Shown piece after piece: positions 26,201-38,479 of a stretch of 64,000 nucleotides of DNA. Under the pieces are notes generated by a model. The model was not told where the DNA came from, did not search any database, and was given only the letters and a program-made list of their open reading frames with translations. Position 1 is the first letter of the stretch, and each line of letters starts with the position of its first letter. This stretch comes from Nemertoderma westbladi (Eukaryota > Animalia > Xenacoelomorpha). The stretch spans positions 36,156-100,155 of the forward strand of contig JAUCBJ010003058.1 in the NCBI GenBank assembly GCA_032718475.1, written 5' to 3'. Both the position numbers and the translations under genes were made by a program.

Positions 26201-29200
26201 GAGAGTTGTTCTGTATATAGTTAGTTAGCTAGTGGTCGGAGAGTTGTTCTGTATATAGTTAGTTAGCTAGTGGTCGGAGAATTGTTCTGTATATAGTTAG
26301 TTAGCTAGTGGTCGGAGAGTTGTTCTGTATATAGTTAATTAGCTAGTGGTCGGAGAGTTGCTTTGTATATAGTTAGTTAGCTAGTGGTCGGAGAGTTGCT
26401 CTGTATATAATTAGTTAGCTAGTGGTCGGAGAGTTGCTCTGTATATAGTTAGTTAGCTAGTGGTCGGAGAGTTATTCTGTATATAGTTAGTTAGCTAGTG
26501 GTCGGAGAGTTGTTCTGTATATAGTTAGTTAGCTAGTGGTCGGAGAGTTGTTCTGTATATAGTTAGTTAGCTAGTGGTCGGAGAGTTGTTCTGTATATAG
26601 TTAGTTAGCTAGTGGTCGGAGAGTTGTTCTGTATATAGGTAGTTAGCTAGTGGTCGGAGAGTTGCTCTGTATATAGTTAGTTAGCTAGTGGTCGGAGAGT
26701 TGCTCTGTATATAATTAGTTCGCTAGTGGTCGGAGAGTTGTTCTGTATATAGTTAGTTAGCTAGTGGTCGGAGAGTTGTTCTGTATATAGTTAGTTAGCT
26801 AGTGGTCTAAGAGTTGCTCTGTATATAGTTAGTTAGCTAGTGGTCGGAGAGTTGCTCTGTATATAGTTAGTTAGCTAGTGGTCGGAGAGTTGCTCTGTAT
26901 ATAATTAGTTCGCTAGTGGTCGGAGAGTTGTTCTGTATATAGTTAGTTAGCTAGTGGTCGGAGAGTTGTTCTGTATATAGTTAGTTAGCTAGTGGTCTAA
27001 GAGTTGCTCTGTATATAGTTAGTTAGCTAGTGGTCGGAGAGTTGCTCTGTATATAATTAGTTCGCTAGTGGTCGGAGAGTTGTTCTGTATATAGTTAGTT
27101 CGCTAGTGGTCGGAGAGTTGTTCTGTATATAGTTAGTTAGCTAGTGGTCGGAGAGTTGTTCTGTATATAGTTAGTTAGCTAGTGGTCTAAGAGTTGCTCT
27201 GTATATAGTTAGTTAGCTAGTGGTCGGAGAGTTGCTCTGTATATAATTAGTTAGCTAGTGGTCGGAGAGTTGCTCTGTATATAGTTAGTTAGCTAGTGGT
27301 CGGAGAGTTGCTCTGAATATAGTTAGTTAGCTAGTGGTCGGAGAGTTGCTCTGTATATAGTTAGTTAGCTAGTGGTCGGAGAGTTGTTCTGTATATAGTT
27401 AGTTAGCTAGTGGTCGGAGAGTTGTTCTGAATATAGTTAGTTAGCTAGTGGTCGGAGAGTTGCTCTGTATATAGTTAGTTAGCTAGTGGTCGGAGAGTTG
27501 CTCTGTATATAGTTAGTTAGCTAGTGGTCGGAGAGTTGTTCTGTATATAGTTAGTTAGCTAGTGGTCGGAGAATTGTTCTGTATATAGTTAGTTAGCTAG
27601 TGGTCGGAGAGTTGTTCTGTATATAGTTAATTAGCTAGTGGTCGGAGAGTTGCTTTGTATATAGTTAGTTAGCTAGTGGTCGGAGAGTTGTTCTGTATAT
27701 AGTTAATTAGCTAGTGGTCGGAGAGTTGCTCTGTATATAGTTAGTTAGCTAGTGGTCGGAGAGTTGTTCTGTATATAGTTAGTTAGCTAGTGGTCGGAGA
27801 ATTGTTCTGTATATAGTTAGTTAGCTAGTGGTCGGAGAGTTGTTCTGTATATAGTTAATTAGCTAGTGGTCGGAGAGTTGCTTTGTATATAGTTAGTTAG
27901 CTAGTGGTCGGAGAGTTGTTCTGTATATAGTTAATTAGCTAGTGGTCGGAGAGTTGTTCTGTATATAGTTAGTTAGCTAGTGGTCGGAGAGTTGTTCTGT
28001 ATATAGTTAGTTAGCTAGTGGTCGGAGAATTGTTCTGTATATAGTTAGTTAGCTAGTGGTCGGAGAGTTGTTCTGTATATAGTTAATTAGCTAGTGGTCG
28101 GAGAGTTGCTTTGTATATAGTTAGTTAGCTAGTGGTCGGAGAGTTGCTCTTTATATAATTAGTTAGCTAGTGGTCGGAGCGTTGCTCTGTATATAGTTAG
28201 TTAGCTAGTGGTCGGAGAGTTGTTCTGTATATAGTTAGTTAGCTAGTGGTCGGAGAGTTGTTCTGTATATAGTTAGTTAGCTAGTGGTCGGAGAGTTGTT
28301 CTGTATATAGTTAGTTAACTAGTGGTCGGAGAGTTGTTCTGTATATAGTTAGTTAGCTAGTGGTCGGAGAGTTGTTCTGTATATAGTTAGTTAGCTAGTG
28401 GTCGGAGAGTTGCTCTGTATATAGTTAGTTAGCTAGTGGTCGGAGAGTTGCTCTGTATATAATTAGTTCGCTAGTGGTCGGAGAGTTGTTCTGTATATAG
28501 TTAGTTAGCTAGTGGTCGGAGAGTTGTTCTGTATATAGTTAGTTAGCTAGTGGTCTAAGAGTTGCTCTGTATATAGTTAGTTAGCTAGTGGTCGGAGAGT
28601 TGCTCTGTATATAGTTAGTTAGCTAGTGGTCGGAGAGTTGCTCTGTATATAATTAGTTCGCTAGTGGTCGGAGAGTTGTTCTGTATATAGTTAGTTAGCT
28701 AGTGGTCGGAGAGTTGTTCTGTATATAGTTAGTTAGCTAGTGGTCTAAGAGTTGCTCTGTATATAGTTAGTTAGCTAGTGGTCGGAGAGTTGCTCTGTAT
28801 ATAATTAGTTCGCTAGTGGTCGGAGAGTTGTTCTGTATATAGTTAGTTAGCTAGTGGTCGGAGAGTTGTTCTGTATATAGTTAGTTAGCTAGTGGTCTAA
28901 AAGTTGCTCTGTATATAGTTAGTTAGCTAGTGGTCGGAGAGTTGTTCTGTATATAGTTAGTTAGCTAGTGGTCGGAGAGTTGTTCTGTATATAGTTAGTT
29001 AGCTAGTGGTCGGAGAGTTGCTCTGTATATAGTTAGTTAGCTAGTGGTCGGAGAGTTGCTCTGTATATAGTTAGTTAGCTATTGGTCGGAGAGTTGCTCT
29101 GTATATAGTTAGTTAGCTAGTGGTCGGAGAGTTGTTCTGTATATAGTTAGTTAGCTAGTGGTCGGAGAGTAGCTCTGTATATAGTAAGTTAGTGGTCGGA

Positions 29201-32200
29201 GAGTTGCACTGTATATAGTTAGTTAGCTAGTGGTCGGAGAGTTGCTCTGTATATAGTTAGTTAGCTAGTGGTCGGAGAGTTGTTCTGTATATAGTTAGTT
29301 AGCTAGTGGTCGGAGAGTTGCTCTGTATATAGTTAGTTAGCTAGTGGTCGGAGAGTTGTTCTGTATATAGTTAGTTAGCTAGTGGTCGGAGAGTTGCTCT
29401 GTATATAGTTAGTTAGCTAGTGGTCGGAGAGTTGTTCTGTATATAGTTAGTTAGCTAGTGGTCGGAGAGTTGTTCTGTATATAGTTAGTTAGCTAGTGGT
29501 CGGAGAGTTGTTCTGTATATAGTTAGTCAGCTAGTGGTCGGAGAGTTATAGTTAGTTAGCTAGTGGTCGGAGAGTTGCTCTGTATATAATTAGTTAGCTA
29601 GTGGTCGGAGAGTTGTTCTGTATATAGTTAGTTAGCTAGTGGTCGGAGAGTTGCTTTGTATATAGTTAGTTAGCTAGTGGTCGGAGAGTTGTTCTGTATA
29701 TAGTTAGTTAGCTAGTGGTCGGAGAGTTGTTCTGTATATAGTTAGTTAGCTAGTGGTCGGAGAGTTGCTCTGTATATAGTTAGTTAGCTAGTGGTCGGAG
29801 AGTTGTTCTGTATATAGTTAGTTAGCTAGTGGTGTGAGAGTTGTTCTGTATATAGTTAGTTAGCTAGTGGTCTAAGATTTGTTCTGTATATAGTTAGTTA
29901 GCTAGTGGTCGGAGAGTTGCTTTGTATATAGTTAGTTAGCTAGTGGTCGGAGAGTTGCTCTGTATATAGTTAGTTAGCTAGTGGTCGGAGAGTTGCTCTG
30001 TATATAGTTAGTTAGCTAGTGGTCGGAGAGTTGTTCTGTATATAATTAGTTAGCTAGTGGTCGGAGAGTTGTTCTGTATATAGTTAGTTAGCTAGTGGTC
30101 GGAGAGTTGCTTTGTATATAGTTAGTTAGCTAGTGGTCGGAGAGTTGCTTTGTATATAGTTAGTTAGCTAGTGGTCGGAGAGTTGCTCTGTATATAGTTA
30201 GTTAGCTAGTGGTCGGAGAGTTGCTCTGTATATAGTTAGTTAGCTAGTGGTCGGAGAGTTGTTCTGTATATAGTTAGTTAGCTAGTGGTCGGAGAGTTGC
30301 TTTGTATATAGTTAGTTAGCTAGTGGTCGGAGAGTTGCTTTGTATATAGTTAGTTAGCTAGTGGTCGGAGAGTTGCTCTGTATATAGTTAGTTAGCTAGT
30401 GGTCGGAGAGTTGCTCTGTATATAGTTAGTTAGCTAGTGGTCGGAGAGTTGTTCTGTATATAATTAGTTAGCTAGTGGTCGGAGAGTTGTTCTGTATATA
30501 GTTAGTTAGCTAGTGGTCGGAGAGTTGTTCTGTATATAGTTAGTTAGCTAGTGGTCGGAGAGTTGCTTTGTATATAGTTAGTTAGCTAGTGGTCGGAGAG
30601 TTGCTCTGTATATAGTTAGTTAGCTAGTGGTCGGAGAGTTGCTCTGTATATAGTTAGTTAGCTAGTGGTCGGAGAGTTGTTCTGTATATAATTAGTTAGC
30701 TAGTGGTCGGAGAGTTGTTCTGTATATAATTAGTTAGCTAGTGGTCGGAGAGTTGTTCTGTATATAGTTAGTTAGCTAGTGGTCGGAGAGTTGTTCTGTA
30801 TATAGTTAGTTAGCTAGTGGTCTAAGAGTTGTTCTGTATATAGTTAGTTAGCTAGTGGTCGGAGAGTTGCTTTGTATATAGTTAGTTAGCTAGTGGTCGG
30901 AGAGTTGCTCTGTATATAGTTAGTTAGCTAGTGGTCGGAGAGTTGCTCTGTATATAGTTAGTTAGCTAGTGGTCGGAGAGTTGTTCTGTATATAATTAGT
31001 TAGCTAGTGGTCGGAGAGTTGTTCTGTATATAGTTAGTTAGCTAGTGGTCGGAGAGTTGTTCTGTATATAGTTAGTTAGCTAGTGGTCGGAGAGTTGCTC
31101 TGTATATAGTTAGTTAGCTAGTGGTCGGAGAGTTGTTCTGTATATAGTTAGTTAGCTAGTGGTCGGAGAGTTGTTCTGTATATAGTTAGTTAGCTAGTGG
31201 TCGGAGAGTTGTTCTGTATATAGTTAGTTAGCTAGTGGTCGGAGAGTTGTTCTGTATATAGTTAGTTAGCTAGTGGTCGGAGAGTTGCTCTGTATATAGT
31301 TAGTTAGCTAGTGGTCGGAGAGTTGCTCTGTATATAATTAGTTAGCTAGTGGTCGGAGAGTTGTTCTGTATATAGTTAGTTAGCTAGTGGTCGGAGAGTT
31401 GCTTTGTATATAGTTAGTTAGCTAGTGGTCGGAGAGTTGTTCTGTATATAGTTAGTTAGCTAGTGGTCGGAGAGTTGCTCTGTATATAATTAGTTAGCTA
31501 GTGGTCGGAGAGTTGTTCTGTATATAGTTAGTTAGCTAGTGGTCGGAGAGTTGCTTTGTATATAGTTAGTTAGCTAGTGGTCGGAGAGTTGTTCTGTATA
31601 TAGTTAGTTAGCTAGTGGTCGGAGAGTTGTTCTGTATATAGTTAGTTAGCTAGTGGTCGGAGAGTTGCTTTGTATATAGTTAGTTAGCTAGTGGTCGGAG
31701 AGTTGTTCTGTATATAGTTAGTTAGCTAGTGGTCGGAGAGTTGCTCTGTATATAATTAGTTAGCTAGTGGTCGGAGAGTTGTTCTGTATATAGTTAGTTA
31801 GCTAGTGGTCGGAGAGTGGTTCTGTATATAGTTAGTTAGCTAGTGGTCGGAGAGTTGTTCTGTATATAGTTAGTTAGCTAGTGGTCGGAGAGTTGCTCTG
31901 TATATAGTTAGTTAGCTAGTGGTCGGAGAGTTGCTCTGTATATAATTAGTTAGCTAGTGGTCGGAGAGTTGTTCTGTATATAGTTAGTTAGCTAGTGGTC
32001 GGAGAGTTGTTCTGTATATAGTTAGTTAGCTAGTGGTCGGAGAGTTGTTCTGTATATAGTTAGTTAGCTAGTGGTCGGAGAGTTGTTCTGTATATAGTTA
32101 GTTAGCTAGTGGTCGGAGAGTTGTTCTGTATATAGTTAGTTAGCTAGTGGTCGGAGAGTTGCTCTGTATATAGTTAGTTAGCTAGTGGTCGGAGAGTTGC

Positions 32201-33800
32201 TCTGTATATAATTAGTTAGCTAGTGGTCGGAGAGTTGTTCTGTATATAGTTAGTTAGCTAGTGGTCGGAGAGTTGCTTTGTATATAGTTAGTTAGCTAGT
32301 GGTCGGAGAGTTGTTCTGTATATAGTTAGTTAGCTAGTGGTCGGAGAGTTGCTCTGTATATAATTAGTTAGCTAGTGGTCGGAGAGTTGTTCTGTATATA
32401 GTTAGTTAGCTAGTGGTCGGAGAGTTGCTTTGTATATAGTTAGTTAGCTAGTGGTCGGAGAGTTGTTCTGTATATAGTTAGTTAGCTAGTGGTCGGAGAG
32501 TTGCTTCTGTATATAGTTAGTTAGCTAGTGGTCGGAGAGTTGTTCTGTATATAGTTAGTTAGCTAGTGGTCGGAGAGTTGCTCTGTATATAGTTAGTTAG
32601 CTAGTGGTCGGAGAGTTGTTCTGTATATAGTTAGTTAGCTAGTGGTCGGAGAGTTGTTCTGTATATAGTTAGTTAGCTAGTGGTCGGAGAGTTGTTCTGT
32701 ATATAGTTAGTTAGCTAGTGGTCGGAGAGTTGTTCTGTATATAGTTAGTTAGCTAGTGGTCGGAGAGTTGTTCTGTATATAGTTAGTTAGCTAGTGGTCG
32801 GAGAGTTGCTCTGTATATAGTTAGTTAGCTAGTGGTCGGAGAGTTGTTCTGTATATAGTTAGTTAGCTAGTGGTCGGAGAGTTGTTCTGTATATAGTTAG
32901 TTAGCTAGTGGTCGGAGAGTTGTTCTGTATATAGTTAGTTAGCTAGTGGTCGGAGAGTTGTTCTGTATATAGTTAGTTAGCTAGTGGTCGGAGAGTTGTT
33001 CTGTATATAGTTAGTTAGCTAGTGGTCGGAGAGTTGCTCTGTATATAGTTAGTTAGCTAGTGGTCGGAGAGTTGTTCTGTATATAGTTAGTTAGCTAGTG
33101 GTCGGAGAGTTGTTCTGTATATAGTTAGTTAGCTAGTGGTCGGAGAGTTGCTCTGTATATAATTAGTTAGCTAGTGGTCGGAGAGTTGTTCTGTATATAG
33201 TTAGTTAGCTAGTGGTCGGAGAGTGGTTCTGTATATAGTTAGTTAGCTAGTGGTCGGAGAGTTGTTCTGTATATAGTTAGTTAGCTAGTGGTCGGAGAGT
33301 TGCTCTGTATATAGTTAGTTAGCTAGTGGTCGGAGAGTTGCTCTGTATATAATTAGTTAGCTACTGGTCGGAGAGTTGTTCTGTATATAGTTAGTTAGCT
33401 AGTGGTCGGAGAGTTGTTCTGTATATAGTTAGTTAGCTAGTGGTCGGAGAGTTGTTCTGTATATAGTTAGTTAGCTAGTGGTCGGAGAGTTGTTCTGTAT
33501 ATAGTTAGTTAGCTAGTGGTCGGAGAGTTGTTCTGTATATAGTTAGTTAGCTAGTGGTCGGAGAGTTGCTCTGTATATAGTTAGTTAGCTAGTGGTCGGA
33601 GAGTTGCTCTGTATATAATTAGTTAGCTAGTGGTCGGAGAGTTGTTCTGTATATAGTTAGTTAGCTAGTGGTCGGAGAGTTATTCTGTATATAGTTAGTT
33701 AGCTAGTGGTCGGAGAGTTGCTCTGTATATAATTAGTTAGCTAGTGGTCGGAGAGTTGCTCTGTATATAGTTAGTTAGCTTTGTGTTGGTCGGCAGTTGC
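23229..33800. repeat. Satellite array, 38-bp unit (agttagttagctagtggtcggagagttgYtYtgtatat), ~278 copies, ~10.5 kb
   Basis: Uninterrupted head-to-tail copies with few variant positions. Copy number estimated as length/38. Confidence 0.99.
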
Positions 33801-34322
33801 CCTTTGATTAGTCTTGAGCATGTAACTGCGTGAGTCTTTCTGTCAGATATATATTTTATATGAGCCTCCCAGTTCAGTTGATTGTCGGTTATTAATTACA
33901 CGTAAATATGTAAATTTTGAACTTTGGTTAACACGAATAACTAACACGCTATAACACGCATGCTTCAATTTTGATCTACTACTAGGATCGGCATGCTGCA
34001 TTGCAGCTGCATTTTTAAGAATGCTGTGCTTCAATTTTGATCGCATGTCATGAACATTGAAAGATTCGCATTTATTTCCAGTGTTTCTTTAACTAACTAT
34101 TATTAGTAATTATTACATATTATATTATAATTAATGTTAGATATAATGGGCCTATGTATATATTATATATAATTGGTCTATATTACATATTATAATATAT
34201 TATAGTTATATATAATAGGTCTATATATTATAATGGAATGGACGTGATGTGGTTTTATTAATTTACATAAAGGAATTGACGACTATACATGTATGAAATT
34301 CAGCCTCTCCTATAGATATTAC

Positions 34323-34442
34323 CTTGTGGGAGGTGTAGCTGTGATGTAGAGCTCCAGATTTGCACCATATTTCTTCCCATTTATCTTCGCCAGCTGAGTC
34401 TTTAATGCTCAATATTATTATCTCAATAAGTAACCCATACAT
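34323..34442 (-). CDS. Soluble guanylate cyclase variable first coding exon 1b
   Basis: 120 nt, context tagcaacaATG. Encodes MYGLLIEIIILSIKDSAGEDKWEEIWCKSGALHHSYTSHK. Phase-0 donor AAG|GTAATA. Confidence 0.88.
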
Positions 34443-34577
34443 TGTTGCTACTAATCATTGAGTTTTTGGTTATAATTATAGTTATATAACAGTTCCTATT
34501 AGCGTAAACATCACAAACAACGACTGTAATGTGCATAAAGTTGGTGCGCGCCACGACGATTCTAACTAACTACAGTA

Positions 34578-34838
34578 TCTATACCTATAAAAATCAAATT
34601 CTCTCTCTCTGTGTTCGAACTCCTCCAAAACGGGCAGAGGGATTGCGCTGGAACTTGGCATGTGTGTATAACTTCAACCAGCGGTCGTTATAGGCCACTT
34701 TTCGAAAAGTTTAATTCACGTTCGGTACCGGTACTAAGTACCGGTACGTCAGTAGGCCTATACCGGTACCAGTACACCAGTAGGCCTATGCCGGTAGCGG
34801 GAAATACCGGGTAACATGCCTCGGGTATTGCCTGCTAG
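34578..34838 (+). mobile_element. Short non-autonomous Helitron-like element
   Basis: Starts A|TCtatacctataaaa and ends in an imperfect GC-rich subterminal hairpin followed by CTAG|T. Confidence 0.6.
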
Positions 34839-35789
34839 TATCCTATAAAAATAGAGTGTAAATGACCCACCTCTATTTTGGCCAAGAAAATGTTATCGGA
34901 AGAACAACTAAGGGTAGAGGTTTATAAGAAAGATCTACATTGTTACCAGAAAATCTGAAAATCGTTTGGCACAGGACGGCACACACACAACAATGCTAAC
35001 ATGGCAATTTGGGGGAAATTGCTACGCTATAAATAAAAACAAATAAACAATGAACTTGTGTTTATTTCTATAACCGGTTTCTATTTGATCTGACAGTATC
35101 TTATAAGACTACTGTACTAACCATATGGCAACGAACCACCAAATGGCGATAATTCTAAATTATATAAATTCTCCAAAAATTAGGTTGCAAACATTTTATT
35201 AACATTCGTTAATTTAAGGAAAATGGATAAAACAGCAGCAGCAAACAATTCACAGATTTACAGATCCATGCAAGAAGATCAAATACTAGCAAATGGCAAC
35301 CGCTAGCGGTACCAGTTGCTGGGTTACTCGGTTATGGATAGTACAATGGAGCTTCGCAGCCAATAGGTTATTTATATTCATATTTTCAAATCATGCAGGG
35401 GCTATAGTGTGTGCTGGGTGTCACATACGTTGCTCTAATTATTTGTAGTTCACTGTATTATAGAGATAAACTTGATTTAATCTGCACGGTTGATGATTAA
35501 TAAGGCAATTCAAAGTAGGCTTGGTGAATTGTATTCAGCTAATGCCATGCCATGCCATCTTATTCTTATTCAAGGAATACTAAGTAAAAAAACCCGAGAG
35601 ATATTGGTTATGTACATTAATAAAAAAAACACCTGAGCCTTATTTATCACCCTGTATTGTATACCTGCAAATTGTATTTCCTTTAATGGCATGTCCGGTT
35701 AAAATCACTCTTGAATAAACAAGTTAAGTGATCAGTAAACGTGTGAAACAAAAAACACCGGAGGCAACCGGTACGCTCCTCTCTCTTGG

Positions 35790-35965
35790 CTGTTACCTAT
35801 ATGGCAGAGAAGGCGCCACGCTAACTCCCAAGGGTCAACACTCCGTAAATATCCAACTCTTTTTCCTTTACTCCCTAAGCAGAAACCAGGTGACCATATC
35901 GTTGGGTTGGCGTACCAGTTACGAAATTGTAACTGGCGCGGAACGGGATCGAACCCGGGACCCAT
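35790..35965 (-). mobile_element. Probable tRNA-derived SINE fragment
   Basis: The minus strand reads gggtcccGGGTTCGATCCCgttcc (B box), followed by the hairpin ccagttac...gtaactgg. Confidence 0.45.
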
Positions 35966-36406
35966 GAATACTCGGGAAGAGTGTGTGAGTACTGTGAAGA
36001 GTTTATCCCAAAAAGTTTTTAATAAATAAATCATTTAATTCGTAATCTAAAAATCATGCATTAGAATTTTTCTAAGGTAAATAATGCAAGTAAAGTTAAA
36101 ATGCTCTAGAATATTATAGCTATATTCTGTTACATCTTCACATTAATTAAATTTTAAGTAAAATACAGTTGCATTGAAAAGCAAACTTCCGGAATTAAAG
36201 ATAAAATTCAGTATAATATATAAATGAAAACATCGCCATATTAAAACTACTACCCATGGTTTTCATTACCGGCCTGTGGCGCTGTACGCTATAGCCTCTA
36301 TTGGTAGTAACTTCCACCATCTAGCTAACGATAATAACCACAACTAACACTATACTGCATATTTATGTTCACGTGCTGGTTAGTTAACTTAACCTTATTA
36401 TTAATT

Positions 36407-36588
36407 ATAGTAGGATTTAGTCTAGAAGTGGAAAAAATTGGAAAGACATGACTGGGGTTTGAACCAGCACGATGCGGTACAGTTATGAACAGGCCTATTA
36501 GGCCGAAACTGAATCTTATAGGGATCGATGGTTCAACCTCTCGTGATATTAATCCATCTTTTTTTCCTCTTGAACAAAATCCTACTAT
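36407..36588. mobile_element. Small degenerate palindromic MITE
   Basis: atagtaggattt at the left end and aaatcctactat at the right end, with further internal symmetry. Confidence 0.45.
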
Positions 36589-36806
36589 ATTATTTATTAC
36601 AGTTCGATGATCAGCCCAACCACAATGTAATACAAAAAATTATTTCAATTTGAGCGAATGTGGGAGATTCATTACCATTTACGAAATCGTTTGAGGTGCA
36701 TAAAATACACATTTTGTCCTAAATATTAAAATATAATTATATAGTGACTCTACAAGAGTGAGTGACTGTACATAACTATGTCCTATGTTGCTGTTCTCTA
36801 GTTTAC

Positions 36807-36926
36807 CTTATGGGATGAGAAGCTATGAAGATGAGCTCCAGATTTGGCGCGAATTTCTTCCCATTTGTCTTCACCAGCTGATTCCTTTACGCTCATTATA
36901 ATGAGCTCTATGAGTAAACCGTACAT
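36807..36926 (-). CDS. Soluble guanylate cyclase variable first coding exon 1a (distal)
   Basis: 120 nt, context tagcaacaATG. Encodes MYGLLIELIIMSVKESAGEDKWEEIRAKSGAHLHSFSSHK. Phase-0 donor AAG|GTAAAC. Classic H-NOX N-terminus (MYG...G...WE.I...G...F). Confidence 0.9.
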
Positions 36927-38479
36927 TGTTGCTACAATTGATAATCAGCTCAACAAAATATCAATTACAATTAATTATTCTCTACTCTGTAACATCCATG
37001 ACATTTGGAAGCAAAACTTTTCTAATCCTCTCCATAATCTTGTTTTTTTTCAACTGATATAAATCCACTGCAGTTCTGCAGTAGATTAAGTTAATTATGT
37101 CGGATAACAGAAATGCACTGCATTTTCGTGAGAAACATAGTTTTATAGAACTATAGTAACATAGTTGGAATAATGATTATCCAATCAACGCCATCTTAGG
37201 AAGATGGAGTAGGGAAGGTGACAAGATTGGCATCCCATGGGTAAAATTAACATCAAGCCATGGTAATTATTATCATTTTACACACAAACTGTTATAAAAT
37301 AATTATTACTTGTTTGGAAGATTAAAAAATAAATTACCATCAATACCTATTAGCACTGTAGTGTTAAAATCATCAGCTCCAGTTGTTGTACTGAGAGGCA
37401 TGGGTTAGGATGCCACCTCCCCCTATTATACCTGCGCTTTTGTAACTTCCCCGCATTTACTAACAAACAATTTGTGCAATGTCAGAATTATCAAGCAAAG
37501 TTGGCCAGTAACATCAAAATATAAATCAAACTTGCGCGGCATATGACCCAAAGGGAGTCTAAAATATTGGCCGTTTACAATAGGCCCCTTGAATCTAGGG
37601 TTACGAGTCGATTGATACTCGCAATATTATTCCTGACAATAATACGGGTTTATAGGGAATGTACTAACAGTTCCTTTTAGGGTGTCGTGCTCAAGATATC
37701 AAACAGGTCTATGTGTGACGGCAATTACAACATAAGGCTAAGAAAGATCATAACAGTCATGTCCTTTAGGGACATGGGTTATAAACTCTATAAAGGAAAT
37801 ACCGGCCTAAAACACAAAAAAGTAGCCAAAAAGATACCAAAATGATCACAATTGGATAATTTTGCTTCTATTGGGATGAATTTTCTTGCAATAAAGTGTA
37901 TGATTTTTATTCTTTAATTTTAAGAAATCTGGGAACCCTCATTCAAACAACATACACAGATCGTAACATCAAGAAAACACAGCTCGAACCCTAAAAAACA
38001 TGGAAAAACGGATTAAGATTTACAATGTTGCCAATGTTTCCAAATGCAGTAAAACAAATAAATAACTATTATTGCAGTGTTAAATAGTATAGTGTTATAT
38101 ATTTCCTGAAAGTGCCTTAAATTAGCTACACTATGCACTAAATATTTACCAACTGGGATAAATAGAGAGGTAGTGGGAAAGCAGCAAACATATTTTTACT
38201 TATAAATTACGTAAATTGTCCTTTAGTAAAATTCAGTTCATAACTACTATTCTACAAAATTGTTGTCCAATCAATCAGATTTTATAAGATTCTGCAATTA
38301 TTCATCTTTATTAAAAAAAAAATTATCGCCTTTCAATCAGTAGTTTGAAAGATACTAGTGTTTAAAGCCTTCAAATTCGGTATGTTAAACCATAAATGTT
38401 GGTGGCTTGGGAGAGGGTTCGTGACTGGAGGGGGGGGGGGGGGGGGGGGGGGGGGATAACTGTGACATCTAGTGCCATG

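Noticed and set aside
23229-33800. CRISPR-like array
   Set aside because: Units are contiguous with no unique spacers, there are no cas genes, and the context is eukaryotic. It is a satellite.
34323-36926. Exons 1a/1b as starts of separate complete sGC paralogs
   Set aside because: No exon 2-5 homologs were seen between 36807 and 16000. Only a misassembly could hide them, which is kept as a caveat.
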